Assembly: GCF_009914755.1 (NCBI RefSeq)
Contig: NC_060929.1
From: the human T2T-CHM13v2.0 reference genome, Homo sapiens
DNA length: 64,000 nt
Reading direction: 5' to 3' (one strand)
Below are positions 1 through 14,736 of the stretch, piece by piece (position 1 is the stretch's first letter; the number at the start of each line of letters is the position of its first letter). Below the pieces are notes generated by a model. The model was not told where the DNA came from, did not search any database, and saw nothing but the letters and a program-made list of their open reading frames with translations. The position numbers and the translations under genes were made by a program.

Positions 1-1669
1 ATCTACTTTAGACAGTGAGTTTTTAACAGAGCTATGAAATTTCAAGGCTAGCAAAGAGCAGCAATGACAAATGTGGACAAATAAATTTATAGTTCTTTTG
101 GCTATAGCATGTCAAAATTTATGTCAAATAAAAACTTCAATGATTAGTCAAAATCATTTTGTTTGCTTTAATTCAGCTCAAGGACTCTTTCAAATCAACT
201 TGTGAGGTGATTTTCAAGAAAATCATGGAAAAGATTTTCAAGAAAGTATGTAATATTGAGGAAAAAGATGGCAGAAATCACATTTACTTTTAATTTCTAC
301 AAATGAGAAAAATGTAAAAAAAGGATCAAGCAATAAGAACCAGATTCTAGGATGGCCAGATCAGTAGTTCCTTTAGTTAACAAGAAAAACTAAAACAGAC
401 TCATCTAATTAGTCTTAAATTCCTTATGCATACACCAGTAGTAATATTGCAATATTATTTGTCCTTATATTACTGGAAGAATCTTGTGCAAAGAATTCAA
501 GTATGAGGCAAATATTATACTGCCTCTGTTTAGAGACTGTTCTCAAACAGAGAAGATGAGTTCTGAAATACTGAGTTCTGAATGTTCAGAAGAAGCACAA
601 TATTTGACTTCTTTTCTGAGAAACTCTTTGACAAGAACAAATTACAAAATGTTGATAGATCCTGGTTTAGCAAAATTTTAAATTAAATTTTGTATTAAAG
701 AAGCTTAACACTTTAGAAGAGAGCAAATCATGAATGTCAAAGATTAAGGGGAAAATCATGCTAAAGAAGCTAGAACAACATATACTTGTATAACCTTTTT
801 TTTCCCTACTTAACTTGCAGAAGAGAGAGATCATTAAAGGTAGCTCAGAACTGAGAAGAGGTACAAACAATGCAAGCTTTTATCTTCTAACAAAGAGAAC
901 GAAAGCACTTGTGAGTTTTCAGGATTAGAATGTAGTTCAAGATAAGTTTACTGACTAAACAACTCGGTCTGTCACAAGAAGGAAAGGTACTAAGAGGTTT
1001 TAACATGAGTGTTGTAACCCAGATTAGAAGCAGAGTTGAGCTATCATTACTAAGCAGCCCACATGGGCTTTAGATCTCAAGAAAAGGCATAGGGTAAGTG
1101 TAGGTTATTTGTTGTTGTTACTCTTTTTGTTATTAATATTTGCTAAAGCCTGTCATATAACTTGTTTATATTGTTATAAATATATTTTCCATTAAATGTT
1201 ACTTATATCCAAATAATATTAATGTTTCACCTGGCTAAGTTACCCATTAACTCTCTCTCAGTTATCCACCTCAGAGAAGATCTAGGAAGCAGACACATTA
1301 GGACAAAATAAAAGCCTTGATAAAGTGGGGAACATAATCTAAAAGCCATGGCAAAAACATCACTTTACTAGGGTATCTTGACTGTTCAGAATGAGTCAAA
1401 TTTAGGGGCAAATATAACTTGTTTAGAGTGCTGTCACCTCTTCTTACAGCACCTTATAGCATTCTGAGGATTCCCCACTCTGCACCCACACCTGGCCCCC
1501 AACCATGACCTAACTATAAAGCAATATTAAAAATTAATGTCATTTTTAAAGTACCCTAATATTTATCTCACAACTAGATTCTGGACAGTATGTTTGTTTT
1601 TGGCATTAATGATCACAGTTGCTGTTTTTCATGCCAAAAAGAGGCACGAAGTGACTAATACATTTGTAA

Positions 1670-2009
<340 letters not shown>

Positions 2010-2058
2010 TTATCTTTCCTTCAGAGGAAAACAAGTTCAGTATCTCCCACATAAACTA

Positions 2059-2426
<368 letters not shown>

Positions 2427-2570
2427 CTACCTGGGATAGCTAAAACTGTAACAAATTTTATGAAGAAGGGAAAAGAAAACCTAACAAAAGAGGGGAGAAA
2501 GGTTTCTGTTATTTTTAACTATTCTCCTTACCTAAAGCAATAAAAATGTAGAGAAGTGACAGATATTTAC

Positions 2571-2856
2571 CTTGTTCACTGGATTCTCTTATGTAGGGCT
2601 TAAGGTGGGACATTTTGATAGGTCTTTTCAGTCTAACCCCAGTGTTGTCTCTCAGGACAGCACATCCACTTTCTGTAATATAGTCTATGACACAAGGACC
2701 AACCCATTCAGACTGAAAACGACCATCCTTCCACCAATTTTTCCTTTGTCTTAAAACTTCATGACCCACTTTTAAATGAAATGGATTTAATTGTTTGGGT
2801 TTCTTTTTAACAATGATCTTGCTTTTATTTAGTTCATCCAAATTGTTGTTCTCCAT
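2571..2856 (-). CDS. GIN1: GIN1 exon 7 with GPY/F-like module (LKVGHEVL...EWVGPCVI...SHLKPY); gene continues beyond the left edge
   Basis: ORF 2515..2856; acceptor ttgtag|, donor AAG|GTAAAT; 286 nt, phase 1. No terminal coding exon recognised in 1-2570. Confidence 0.93.
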
Positions 2857-3340
2857 CTACAAGTGTAAAAAGAAAAAGAACAAAGAGATGAAAGAGCTAT
2901 AATATCTTGAAGGTAAATGCAAATAATGAGAATATTGTAACAAAATGGTACTTGAGATGCTACTAAAAGGTAGGTATGAATTCTATTTAATTCTTAAAAC
3001 ATTTCAAAGTCAGTATTATTAGCTCCTACTTTATATAGAAGGTAAACTAAGATAGGTTAAGTAATTTGCCGAAGTCAAACAACTCAAAAGCAGTTAAGAC
3101 AGATTTGAATCCAGCTCTACTTGATTCCAAAATCCATAGCTTTCTCATTATTGCCTCTCAGCATTTCATAGCTAGTAAACCAACTATTTAATCAAGACAA
3201 GAAAAATCTGATAGATAAAAAATTATGGCAAGTAAGTATGTGTGTGTGTGTGCATGCACACATGTATATGCTGAAATTTTAAAAATAAATATAACTTTTA
3301 TAAAGTTTTAGATTACAGTTTTTCTATTGAATAGAATCAC

Positions 3341-3517
3341 CTGGCCCAGTGAAGTTGTCTTATTCTCCATTATTTTATCAGCTTCTTTAATTGCATCTAG
3401 AATTTTGGCAAACATACTTGTATTATCACCATCCACTTCATGAAGACTATCTGAAGTCTCAGGCATATAAGGATTTCGACTAAACATTTGAAAATATGGT
3501 GTATTTTTAGTAGGTTC
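3341..3517 (-). CDS. GIN1: GIN1 exon 6 (EPTKNTPYFQMFSRNP...TTSLGQ)
   Basis: Gypsy-type TPY/F..MF.R motif; acceptor atag|, donor CAG|GTGATT; 177 nt, phase 0-0, after a 99-nt intron. Confidence 0.93.
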
Positions 3518-3616
3518 CTATTTTAAAGAAAATAAACGTCAATTTTGTAATAAAACATTTATCTGGCCAAGAAATAGTCATAACTCAGAAGTACAGAATT
3601 ATAAAAAGGCACATAC

Positions 3617-3808
3617 CAAGTGAGTTACATTGAAGGCAAATGAAACAGCTGATAGGTGATCATCCCAATTGTTTGGGTGGTCAGCACAGTGTTTGGAGAG
3701 AAATGCTTTGATTGTGTTAGGTGTACTTTCCATTGGGTTAACAGTTCCAGAGGTGTGAGAAATTACAATTTGCTTTATGCCAAACAATCTGTACAGTTCA
3801 ATATTGAT
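3617..3808 (-). CDS. GIN1: GIN1 exon 5: integrase core C-terminal part (NPMESTPNTIK, WDDHL..FAFN)
   Basis: ORF 3599..3787; acceptor ttttcag|, donor TTG|GTATGT; 192 nt, phase 0-0. Confidence 0.95.
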
Positions 3809-3894
3809 CTGAAAAATATATAAAACAAAGGTGGCTTTTTAAAATTTGTGTTTTATTTTTCCATTGACTTAAAAAAAAGCTTCAAAAGAATTAG

Positions 3895-4207
<313 letters not shown>

Positions 4208-4499
4208 GAATCTTGCTTTTTTATTGACCATAACATTCTATATGAACACATACATAAAATATGTAAAATTTTATGTATAAAATAGTGATTGCCATTTATT
4301 GAGTCTTTACTACACACTGGTCCCATCACACTAGACACTTTACATTATTGTCATTAAACCTTACAACAAGTTTTTGAGGTATTATTAATTTCATTTTAAA
4401 GGTAAGATACTGAAGCTTTGAGAGATTAAGTGCCTTGCCAAATACACACATACAACAAGGAAATGGAAGAACAGAACTTAACGTTAACTTTGAGTTTAA

Positions 4500-4788
4500 T
4501 TTTTTTCTTTTTTTTGGTGGGGGGCGGTGGGAGACAGGGTCTTGCTCTGTCGCACAGGCTGGAGGGCAGCCTGCACTACCTGGGTTCAAGTGATCCTCTC
4601 ACCTCAGCCTGCCTAGCAGCTTGGACTACAGGCATGTGTCACCATGCCCACCTAATTTTTAAATATTTTGTACAGATGGAGTTTCACCATGTTGCCCAGG
4701 CTGGTCTCAAACTCCTGGACTCAAGCAATCCATGCACCTCAGTCTTTCAAAGTTTTGAGATTACAGGCATGAGCCACTGTACCCGGCC
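4500..4788 (-). mobile_element. Alu (AluJ-like)
   Basis: Diverged antisense Alu. Confidence 0.88.
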
Positions 4789-6131
4789 CTCAAGTAACTT
4801 TTTAATTCAGTAGACAGTGTCTCAAAAACAACCCACTAGGTCATAAGTTAATGTTTAAAAAGCATGTAAAACAGTTATTGGCAATAAGCATTTTATAACT
4901 TTTAACTTATAACTACTATTATTGGTGTTACTATATTATGTGTAGCACTTAAAATGAGTTTACAAAACTTGTAACAGTAAACCCATTAAATATAAAATAA
5001 TATTTTTTTCCTACCTCACCTTTCAGACTTTTTTTTTCCTTATTATTTTTAGTTGAGTAAACCTTTGGCTCATAAATTTGTCTTTTTAAAAAAGAATATT
5101 TCAGACGAGTAGTATCAGAATAACTAAATAGGCAAAGTTAATACAAGAGGGGAAAGCAATAAAAAGAAAACTACATTTCCCAAACTCCCTTGCAGGTAGG
5201 GGTGGTCATGTGACATAATTCTAGCCAAAAAGTTGTAAGTAAAAGTTGTTAGGCAAACTCAGCTGGTACTAGCTTTGTTTGCCCAACACTCTCTCCCTTC
5301 TTTCTGACTGAAATGTAGGCATTGTGGCATGTGCTCCAGCAGCCACGTTGTGAATACAATAGGAGTGACTCTCAATCACTCCCAATATATATTGGGATAA
5401 TATATATACAATATATATTAATATATTGAGATAGGGAAAGGAAGTCTGTTACTTGGATTGAATACACTTCCTAGCTGATATACATACTAATTCAGGGTGA
5501 CTATTTTTAATTCAAAATTAGAAAGAAATCCCAAAGAATAGGTGTCATTTGGGTCAGCTTCAATCTGAGTCTTGATTAATGGTTTTAAATGACCCTTGAA
5601 AAAGGCTTTAACTTCTTTGTTTCAAAAGCTTGCCTAGGAATGATCCAGGGAATCCATTTGTGAAATGGTATCTTGACATCCTTACTCTGTCAGCCCCCCA
5701 ACCATCAAACCAGATATTCCGTCAGTTCTTACAATTTTAGTTTTCTGTAAGACATTTAAAAAAATTAATTTTCCTACTGAATATGTTTGTTCTCTTTCCT
5801 TCAGAGGTTTACAAAAAGTTCTTTGTGCATTTTATTGGAACAATTTAGCAAATACTCTAAGCTAAGCCATTAGAAACATCTGTATTTTTATTCAACTATA
5901 CAATAAACCTCCCACATTGTGTATTATGTTATAATATTTAGCAGTGTTTTCTGCATCAGTATTTGCTGACAAAAGAGTTCATTTTGTACTGTCATCGTTA
6001 TGCTTTCTGTGTAATAGTGAAGCCATTTTAATCACAGCAAAAAGAACAAGTTTTCCCAATCATATGTCGCTTTTTTGGTTTTTTGTTTAAGCAATCTCAC
6101 AAAATAGGCCTGCAAATATTTATTGTTACCC

Positions 6132-6721
6132 TTTATTTTTTATTTTTTTTTTTTGAGACAGGGTCTCAGTCTGTTACCCAGGCTAGAGTGCATGATCTTG
6201 GCTCACTGCAATCTCAACCTCCTGGGCTCAAGCGATCTTCCCATCTCAGCCTCCCAAGTAGCTGGACTACAGGTGTGCCCTACCACTCCTGGCTAATTGT
6301 TGCATTTTTTGTAGAGATGGCATTTCACCATGTTGCTTAGGCTAGTCTCGATCTCCTAGGCTCAAGCAATCTGGCTGGTAGGATTACAACAGGCATGAGC
6401 CACTGAGCACAGCCTATTATTATTATTATTATTATTATTTTGAGACAGGGTCTCACTGTTGCCCAAACTGGAATGCAGTGGTGCAACCATAGCTCACTAC
6501 AGCCTTCACCTCCTGGGCTTAAGCAATCCTTACACGTTAGCCTCCTGAGTTGCTGGGACTATGAGTGTGCAACACCACGTCCAGTTAATTAAAATTTTTT
6601 TTTTTTTTTGTAGAGACGGAGTCTTGTTGTATTGCATGGGCTGGTCTTGAACTCCTGGTCTCAAGTTATCCTCTCACCTCAGCCTCCCAAAAAGCTGAGG
6701 TATGAGCCACCATGCTTGGCC
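6132..6721 (-). mobile_element. Two tandem old Alus (AluJ-like), the second with a (TAT)n-derived tail at about 6415-6440
   Basis: Two consecutive antisense Alu dimers. Confidence 0.88.
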
Positions 6722-6964
6722 CTATTGTTACCTTTAGAAAAATTTTCAAAGTCCTGGTTTGGTTATCAAATGACTTTAAACACGACTGGAAAAACTGCTA
6801 GCTAATCATAATGGCTTCATATTATCATTAGCAAATACCTTGAAACATTATATGCACTTAGGGTAAGGCTCTCCATCAATAAAAGTGGAAGTGAACTGAT
6901 ATTTCAAAGAGTATTCTTGATAATTTTGAATTTTGATGCCTAATTTCCTATCAGATCTGATAAC

Positions 6965-7510
6965 TATAGTCTCCCTTTACCTTCAGAGAATATGTTTCAA
7001 GGCCCCTAGTGAATGTTTGATACTGCAGGTAGTACCTAACCCTATTTATACTATGTTTTCCCCTATACATACATACCTATGATAGAGATTAATTTTTAAA
7101 TTAGGCACAGTAAGAGGTTAACAACTAAAAATAAAATAGGACGATTAACAATATGCCAACATCACTACTCTTGCACTTTGGGGGCATTCTTAAGTAAAAT
7201 AAGGGTAACTTGGATACACACTACTAACCACTACATTTGATCTGATAACCAAGACAGCTATGAAGTGACTAATGATGGGGAGAGAGTAGCATATACAATG
7301 AAGATATGCTAGACAAAGAGATGATTCACGTCCCAGTTGGACAGAGCAGGACAGCATGAGATTTTATCACTATACGCAGAATGGTGTGCAATTAAAAAAC
7401 TTTTAAATCATTTATTTCTGAAATTTTGTATTTAATATGTTTGGACTGCAGTTGACTATAGGAACTGAAACCTCAGAAAGTAAAACTGCAGATAAATGGG
7501 GACTATTGTA
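6965..7510. mobile_element. TcMar-Tigger non-autonomous DNA transposon (MER44-like)
   Basis: Degenerate terminal inverted repeats (tagtctccct ... ggggactattgta); internal sequence resembles the remembered MER44 consensus. Confidence 0.7.
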
Positions 7511-8659
7511 GTTAATATTTGTATTCATCTCATTGATGTGTCTAACAAAGAGCTGGAAGTTAAATAGACGTGCCGGCGCTATCACTTTCTTGTGGTTGAT
7601 GATGGGTGTTTGCCTTTTAGTATTATCTGCTTTCACTGCAAAAATCTAAGCTCCCTGGCCATTTTGTGAGTAGTGTGGTGAATGCTAGATGATATCCATA
7701 CTTTCATTCAACTGCTGAAAGCAAAAGTATGGGTGAGGAAACATGTGGATTCTCACTTTTCTTTCAGGATACCTTCACATAGCATGTGTGACATACATGT
7801 CTTGTTGATTGAGTCAGAATGCTATTATCAATCGTATACATTATTAATAAAGCTTCATTTCTTATTTTTGGGATTTAAAAAATATAAATAGAAGTTCCAA
7901 TAGCCTTCCCCCAAACTGGATGGCCTTTACGTACTCCATTGCACAGACCACTGCTATGTCAATCAAGGCAGGCAAGACTACCTTGCCTTCATTTACAAAA
8001 TTATCTTGCTTTATTTGCAAGATTGGCTTTTATATGCTGATTACTTTACCACATAAATCTCCTATTATTATGCAGCCAAATTTAATGTTTTTCCATTGAA
8101 GTTTATACCACTATTCCTAGGTTTAGAATGTGACCTCCATTTCTAGAGATTAAATGTCAAATATATTTTTTTCTGTTTCTACTTTAAAAATTAAAATTCT
8201 TTTAATTTACCTGAAAATACTTTTGGTATTGGATTCTAAAATCATATTACAGATATAATTTTAAACAATTAGCAAATTGTTACCTGTTAATTAATTACAT
8301 GATCCTCCTCTACTAGACACATTTGTGACACTAGCTTTATCATTTAAACCATTGTTACCAAACTTTGTGCCAAGTTGCCCCCTTAACATCTGTTTGACAC
8401 CATGAAAACTACCAGTTTAAGGTAGTTCAGTTTCAACATTAGATCAGGTTACAATTTGTTTGATGACATCATATCTTTACAGAACTGTTTTCTTCATCGA
8501 ATGCTGTGATAAAAAGCAGTTACTATGTAAAAATCAGTGTGAAACAGGAAATGAGGGTGGCAGTGTACAATATGATCCCAAGGTCTGAGAAGTTAAGCAG
8601 TGGTCAACAGGTACACGTTACCCATTAGCAAGTAATTATGGTTAAGAATGAAATGAAAG

Positions 8660-8925
8660 GGCTGGGTGCGGTAGCTCACGCCAGTAATTCCAGCACTCTG
8701 GGAGGTCGAGGCAGGTGGATCATGTGAGTTCAGGAGTTCAAAACCAGCCTGGGCAACATGGTGAAACCTGTCTCTAAAAGAAAAAAGGTACAAAAATTAG
8801 CCAGAAGGCTAAGGTGGGGGTATCACTTGAGCCTGGAAAGTGGAGGTTGCAGTGAGCCAAGACGGTGCCACAGCACTCCAGGCTGGGTGACAGAATGAGA
8901 CCCCGTCTCAAAAAAAAAGAAAAGA
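8660..8925 (+). mobile_element. Alu (old, with an internal deletion in the right arm)
   Basis: Alu consensus; jump after attagccag. Confidence 0.88.
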
Positions 8926-9021
8926 ATGGAACAAAAATATATTTTCTTTCAATTTATGAGTATTTTAAATTGCTACTAAGTGGTTAGAACATAAATACTT
9001 ATTAAGTTGTTTGGATGGACC

Positions 9022-9474
9022 TGTGAAGAAAAGAGTTAACCTGACAGTTAATTTTAACATATTAACAAAGCAGATCTGTGACTGCTGTTCTTTGAAAGGC
9101 ATGCTTACAAGGTTGGACCTTGGCTAATGTCTAGGAGCTTAGATTTTGGTTATAAGACCAAACACAATCTTTCCTTCTGAGAGTCTGGAATTTTTGTACA
9201 TGCCAGGTAGAAGGTGCTTATGTGACCAGCCCCCAGTAAAAACCCTAGGCACTGAGCCTCTAGTGAGCTTCCTTATGTTGTCACAACTCTGCTAAAGGAA
9301 TTAAACACGTCCTGTGTAACTCCACTGGGGAAGGAGATCTTGGAAACTTGTACCTGGTTCTCCCAATGTGTCTTTTCTCTTTGCTGAATAAATCTTAGCC
9401 ATGAGTATGACTATATGCTGAGTCCTCCTAGAGAATTATGGAAACTGGGAATAATCCTGGGGTGCCATGGCACA
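9022..9474 (+). mobile_element. Solo LTR, MER21-like
   Basis: TG...CA ends; internal AATAAA; motifs tgtgaccagcccccagtaaaaaccct and gagtatgactatatgctgagtcct. Confidence 0.65.
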
Positions 9475-9811
9475 TGTCCTATCTACTAGTTAATACATAT
9501 TAACTTTAGGTATTTCTTTTGGACTGAGCCATCAAAGATGCTTTCAACCAAGTCTGGCTATCTCTGATTTTTCTTAAACATATACCCTGTCAATTACAAA
9601 AAGTTTTAACATATGCCTTAAGTCTAGCAGTTGTTGTATTTCTCATAAAAAGTTTTCATATATATTCTCCCCTGCTTATCCTTTCAGGTTAATTTTAACT
9701 GGGAAAAGGCCAGAGCAAGGGAGAAAGTACCTTTCAATACTGACTATTCTTATTCATGAAGAAAATGTATTCTTCCATTTATTTAAGTCTCCCTTTACCT
9801 GTCAATCATAG

Positions 9812-10277
<466 letters not shown>

Positions 10278-10570
10278 CCAATCATGGGTTTTTAATCTAG
10301 AAGTAAATAAAGATTATTTGGTCCAACCTCCTCATTTTAATTTGAGGATATCTGAAGATAGGTTTACAATAACCCACAGTAAGTATTAAAATCCTAATCT
10401 CCTAATTTCCAGTACAACTATCCTTGTAGTATTTAATATCATACCTCTATACCTACAGAAATTTATCTGAACTTATTAAGCACTCTGTAATATAATGCAG
10501 AGGGCACTGGTTCTGGACACTGAAAAGAAGTAAGATATGCTCCCAGACCTAAGTAGTTTATTTGTCTTAC

Positions 10571-10876
10571 CTGTTGAATGAATTCATCTCTTTGGTCCAT
10601 TATTATTTTCTGAGGAGGTCCATATAAGAAAAATATATTGATAATAGCTTTAGAAACTTCTGATGCTGAAACATCACATAGAGGCAAAATCACAATCCAT
10701 TTGGTGAACAAATCTGTCATGATTATAGCATATACATGACTTCTGTTGCTTGTATGAAAAGGCCCCATCAGATCAACAGTAACTAAACTCCATGGATTTT
10801 CCACCTTGAGAAGGTGCTGTTTCGGTGCTACAATAACTGTATTTTTTGCCACTTGGCAATGCTGACAAGCATATAC
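10571..10876 (-). CDS. GIN1: GIN1 exon 4: CQHC of the zinc finger plus integrase core (VDLMGP, TDLFTKW, YGPPQKIIMDQ)
   Basis: ORF 10463..10852 has rve-type motifs; acceptor gtag|, donor CAG|GTAAGA; 306 nt, phase 0-0. Confidence 0.96.
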
Positions 10877-11081
10877 CTACAACAGGCACACAATAAAGAA
10901 AACACATACAAATGTTAACACTCAACACAATATAAAAGCAGTCTTATAAATCTGAATTTTAAAATGGTTAATAGGTATACTTTGTGTTTTGAAGGAGAAA
11001 CTTCTGGACTGAGAATCACTGGATTAAACCTATTTAGAATAACAAACAAATAAAACAACAACAAACAACTGTAGTAGCCAC

Positions 11082-11331
11082 TACAGCTGACCCTCAAACA
11101 ACATGGGTTTGGACTGTGAAGGTCAGCTTATACATGGCTTTTTTTTTTTAACTAAACACAAATAAAAAGTACTCTATTGATAGGGAGGGATGAGAAACTC
11201 AAGTATACAGAAAGCTGACTTCTTGTATATGTGAGTTTCACAGGGCTGACTGCAGGACTTCGGTATGAGTAGATTTGGTGACAGGAGTGTGGTGCTGGAA
11301 CCAATCCCTTGCATATACTGAGGGAAGACTA
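11082..11331 (+). mobile_element. MER8-like Tigger MITE
   Basis: tacagctgaccctc ... gagggaagactata termini; colinear with the copy at 44963. Confidence 0.75.
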
Positions 11332-12745
11332 TACTACCAAATGACCATCTTATTGGGTCTTATTCACATGGAACATAAATCTGGTTCACATTCAATAAAT
11401 ATTTATTAAATACTTAAAAAGATCTTAAGTTTCCTATTAAATCAGTATGTAAATTTACAATAATTTCTATATACATAAAATGTTTCCTTCTAAAGTTATC
11501 ACATTAAGAAGCTTATTCATTAATCTATTCCAACCATATTTATTGAAATATAATTTCATTCATATAAAATGTATAGATGGAGCAATTTCTCTCAATCGTG
11601 GGAAAAGAATAAACATACACAAAACCCATGCTGTCCTGCAGCTTTCATTTGAGTGAGGTGAGACAAGATCAACTGATCAATTTATGGATGGGTGCCATTT
11701 CTCAATGTATCTCTGGAATTCCACTCTAGAAACTACTTTCAAACTAGCTTCTGAAGAAAAATTTAAAAGCCATTTAATCCCATTATAGTCACAGTTACTT
11801 TTGATCAGAATTTTCACTTTCCAATTTAAACTTATTTGTTGGATTTTATCACAAATAACTTCTGATTATTTCCAAAAATCATATTCATTCTCCAGTGATA
11901 ACAATTTGACAAAGATTTCACTGAATGTTTGTAAAAAATGCACAGCAGGAAAAATATATAAATTATGAAGGTCTTTGGAATACCTGAATAGACCCACAAA
12001 CTGATAACTCACAAATTATACTTATGAAATTTTGGTTTAATTCTTTATGCTTGAAATGCCACTCTTTTTGATGCACTACTACAATTATTAAGGAGATCTC
12101 ACAGATATACCAAGGAATTCCTACCATTTGACATACAGTACACTGGAAAGAGTAGAATCAGCTGACTTCCAGCAAGAACCCCAAAATTCCTATAGGTGAA
12201 TTTTCTACTAGAAGTTGAAGGTCCCAATGGGTCATAAAGTTACAAAACTCAGACTTATTTCATTATCCTCAAAATTTGATTTTGGTTATATTTGGTTTTG
12301 GGTTTCTGTCATGTATGACATTCTACCTCAAAATGGAACAGGCACAAAAGATAAGAGCACATACTGGGCTTGACTTACTATGAACATATTCTCCCCTTAA
12401 GAAAACCTTGTATGACTGCCATTGAAGAAGTAATGATTTAGTCAAATGAATTCCAGCTCCATTTAAATTCTGCCTACACAAAAAAGTTCAATGATACAAA
12501 TCTGATTTTTTAAATAATCTCTTATTTAAATATGGTATTTTCAAGTGTTTAAATAATGCTTCTTTCCTGTTCAAATTATACTTAAGTGATTTAAAATAAC
12601 TGTGAAGGGAAATACAACTCCCTTTAAGTGATTGCCAAAAATACTTAATGAGAGGTGATACCCAGAATAAATCTGGAGAAATAATAAATTTTAAGTATCT
12701 ATCAGAAAGACATTATTCATAATACTCTAAATACATAAGCCATAC

Positions 12746-12939
12746 CCACTGTTTGACATCATTGGTCACAGATGTCCAATAATAATTGGATTCTACCAGA
12801 GTGAGGGTCCTGGATATACCATGATGAGCTCCACTGTCATTTTCATGGCATTCTCTTAAGACTTTCTTTTTTTCCTCTTCTGAAACAATTACCAAACGAT
12901 TTTGTTTTCTGTCTTTTCCAACATAAAACAGCTTTTTTT
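12746..12939 (-). CDS. GIN1: GIN1 exon 3, N-terminal half of the integrase H2C2 zinc finger (CHENDSGAHHG...YYW)
   Basis: ORF 12713..12973; acceptor ccag|, donor TGG|GTATGG; 194 nt, cumulative 333 nt (phase 0). Confidence 0.95.
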
Positions 12940-14597
12940 CTGGAATAAATGATACCAAAAGATAGAATTGCAATTTTTAGAGATCTACGTAGTTTTAAGA
13001 GAATCATAGCCTTCTCTTTAAACCATGAAGGTTTTTGTTTTGTTTTGTAAAATCTTACTGCATTTAAAACAGAATATTTATTTTTAATGATGCTACAACA
13101 CAAAGGTTCTTAGCTGTTACACTTACTAGATACTTAGGAAGGGCAGTAGCTGCTATAATTCTGTAGCTATCAATATAAGTAGAGCAAGCTTGTTCACCAA
13201 AGCACGTAATAAGTACGGAAATATGAAATTATCTCTCTATGGGAGTACTCAAAGTAGGAAGATTTTGCAGGCACCTCCTAAAAATGGCATAGATTAGCAA
13301 ATAAATTATGTACAGAAAAACAACTTCCTGGAACAGAATTTTCTAAAATAATGTTTTATCATCACTGTACTTTGCAAGCAAACAGCTCTCTCAGCTTCTT
13401 CTATATTTGAGAAGGTAGGGATGGTGAAGCGGGCAAGTGGAAAAAACTGTAATCCTCAAGACAATTCTCTGTTTCCTTAGGAGGACACCTGAGAAGAATC
13501 TGCAGCTAGGAAGTAACCAGGGTATGAAGCGAATCACCATCTACCTTTCCAATGTGAATGGGCTAGCAATTCAAACTCCAAAATACACCATTCAGCTACT
13601 AATATGAGTAAGCCAACTGATGAGTGGAACACTCCTTATTTTTTAGAATTAGAAGATAAGCAACCTAAGAGCAGGAACCTTATCTATGTTATTCATCAAT
13701 GTATCTCCAAGGCTTAGAATGTGACTGGCACACAGCAGAAACCCAGTTAACATTTGTTACATAAATTATCAAATATATGAATGAAAGAATCCTCACTTTA
13801 GTTTAAGAGGTAATAGGTCTGCCTAATCTTAAGTATAAGGGAGTTATTGGTAGGGATATACACAGGGAGATGCAAGCAGACATTTATTTATTATCCTAGA
13901 GTTTTATTAACCTGTTTTGGGGTAAGCCTAAGAGGCAAAATTCCCATTTGTAACACAAACATTCATTCAATTATCTGGTGACTACTTGTTGTTTATCTCA
14001 TCCCAAACTTCTCTTCCCCTTTATAAGGGGAAAAAGAGGCAAAAATTATCATGACCTTCCAAGATAAATATCCCACTGCCTTTCAAATATTTAATCCATT
14101 CAGGAAGATCCAAGGGTCCTAAAATGAATGTGATCCTGAGAATATTTAATGGCAGTGGTGGGGTTCAAGGGGACATGATCACAGAAATATAGTTAATTCC
14201 TTCCAGTTTTCATTTTAGTAAACAAACCAGTTAACTTTGTCAACATTTTCATATTAAGCATCTAAAAAGTTCCTCATTGAAATTGGCATCAGTGCTGGAA
14301 AGTGCACCATTAGAGACCACGAGAGGGTAAAAGCAGAAGTTGTTAATTTAGAAAAATGTTTTGTTTTCTTTCATGGTGTCATATTCTGTCTATAATTTAA
14401 ACAACCCTTTTCATGCTTATTGGCCTTCAGTTAGCTTGAGTGTAATTTTTATTTTGCTTTTGATTGAGTGGCATCATCAATTCAACTGGTAATTGTTTAG
14501 CAACAACCAACTACTACAGAAATTCCCAAACTTCCACAAGGAAGAATGTGGGGAAGAATCTACAACTCAATAATCAAAATTTGAACATTAATTTTAC

Positions 14598-14736
14598 CTT
14601 TGAAGACAAATTTTTTTGCTGCTCTTCTTATGCCACTTCTCTCACTTGGCAGTGTAGTTGAATGATATTCACCAGTTCGTTTGTAATATGCAATCTGTTT
14701 AAGATGAAGGTCACCATTTTTTCCACTACGGACCAT
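14598..14736 (-). CDS. GIN1: GIN1 coding exon 2 (exon starts at 14743; ATG 14736): MVRSGKNGDLHLKQIAYYKRTGEYHSTTLPSERSGIRRAAKKFVFK
   Basis: Acceptor cctag|gttcacaATG; donor AAG|GTAAAA; 139 coding nt, phase 1, joins exon 3 in frame. Confidence 0.92.
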
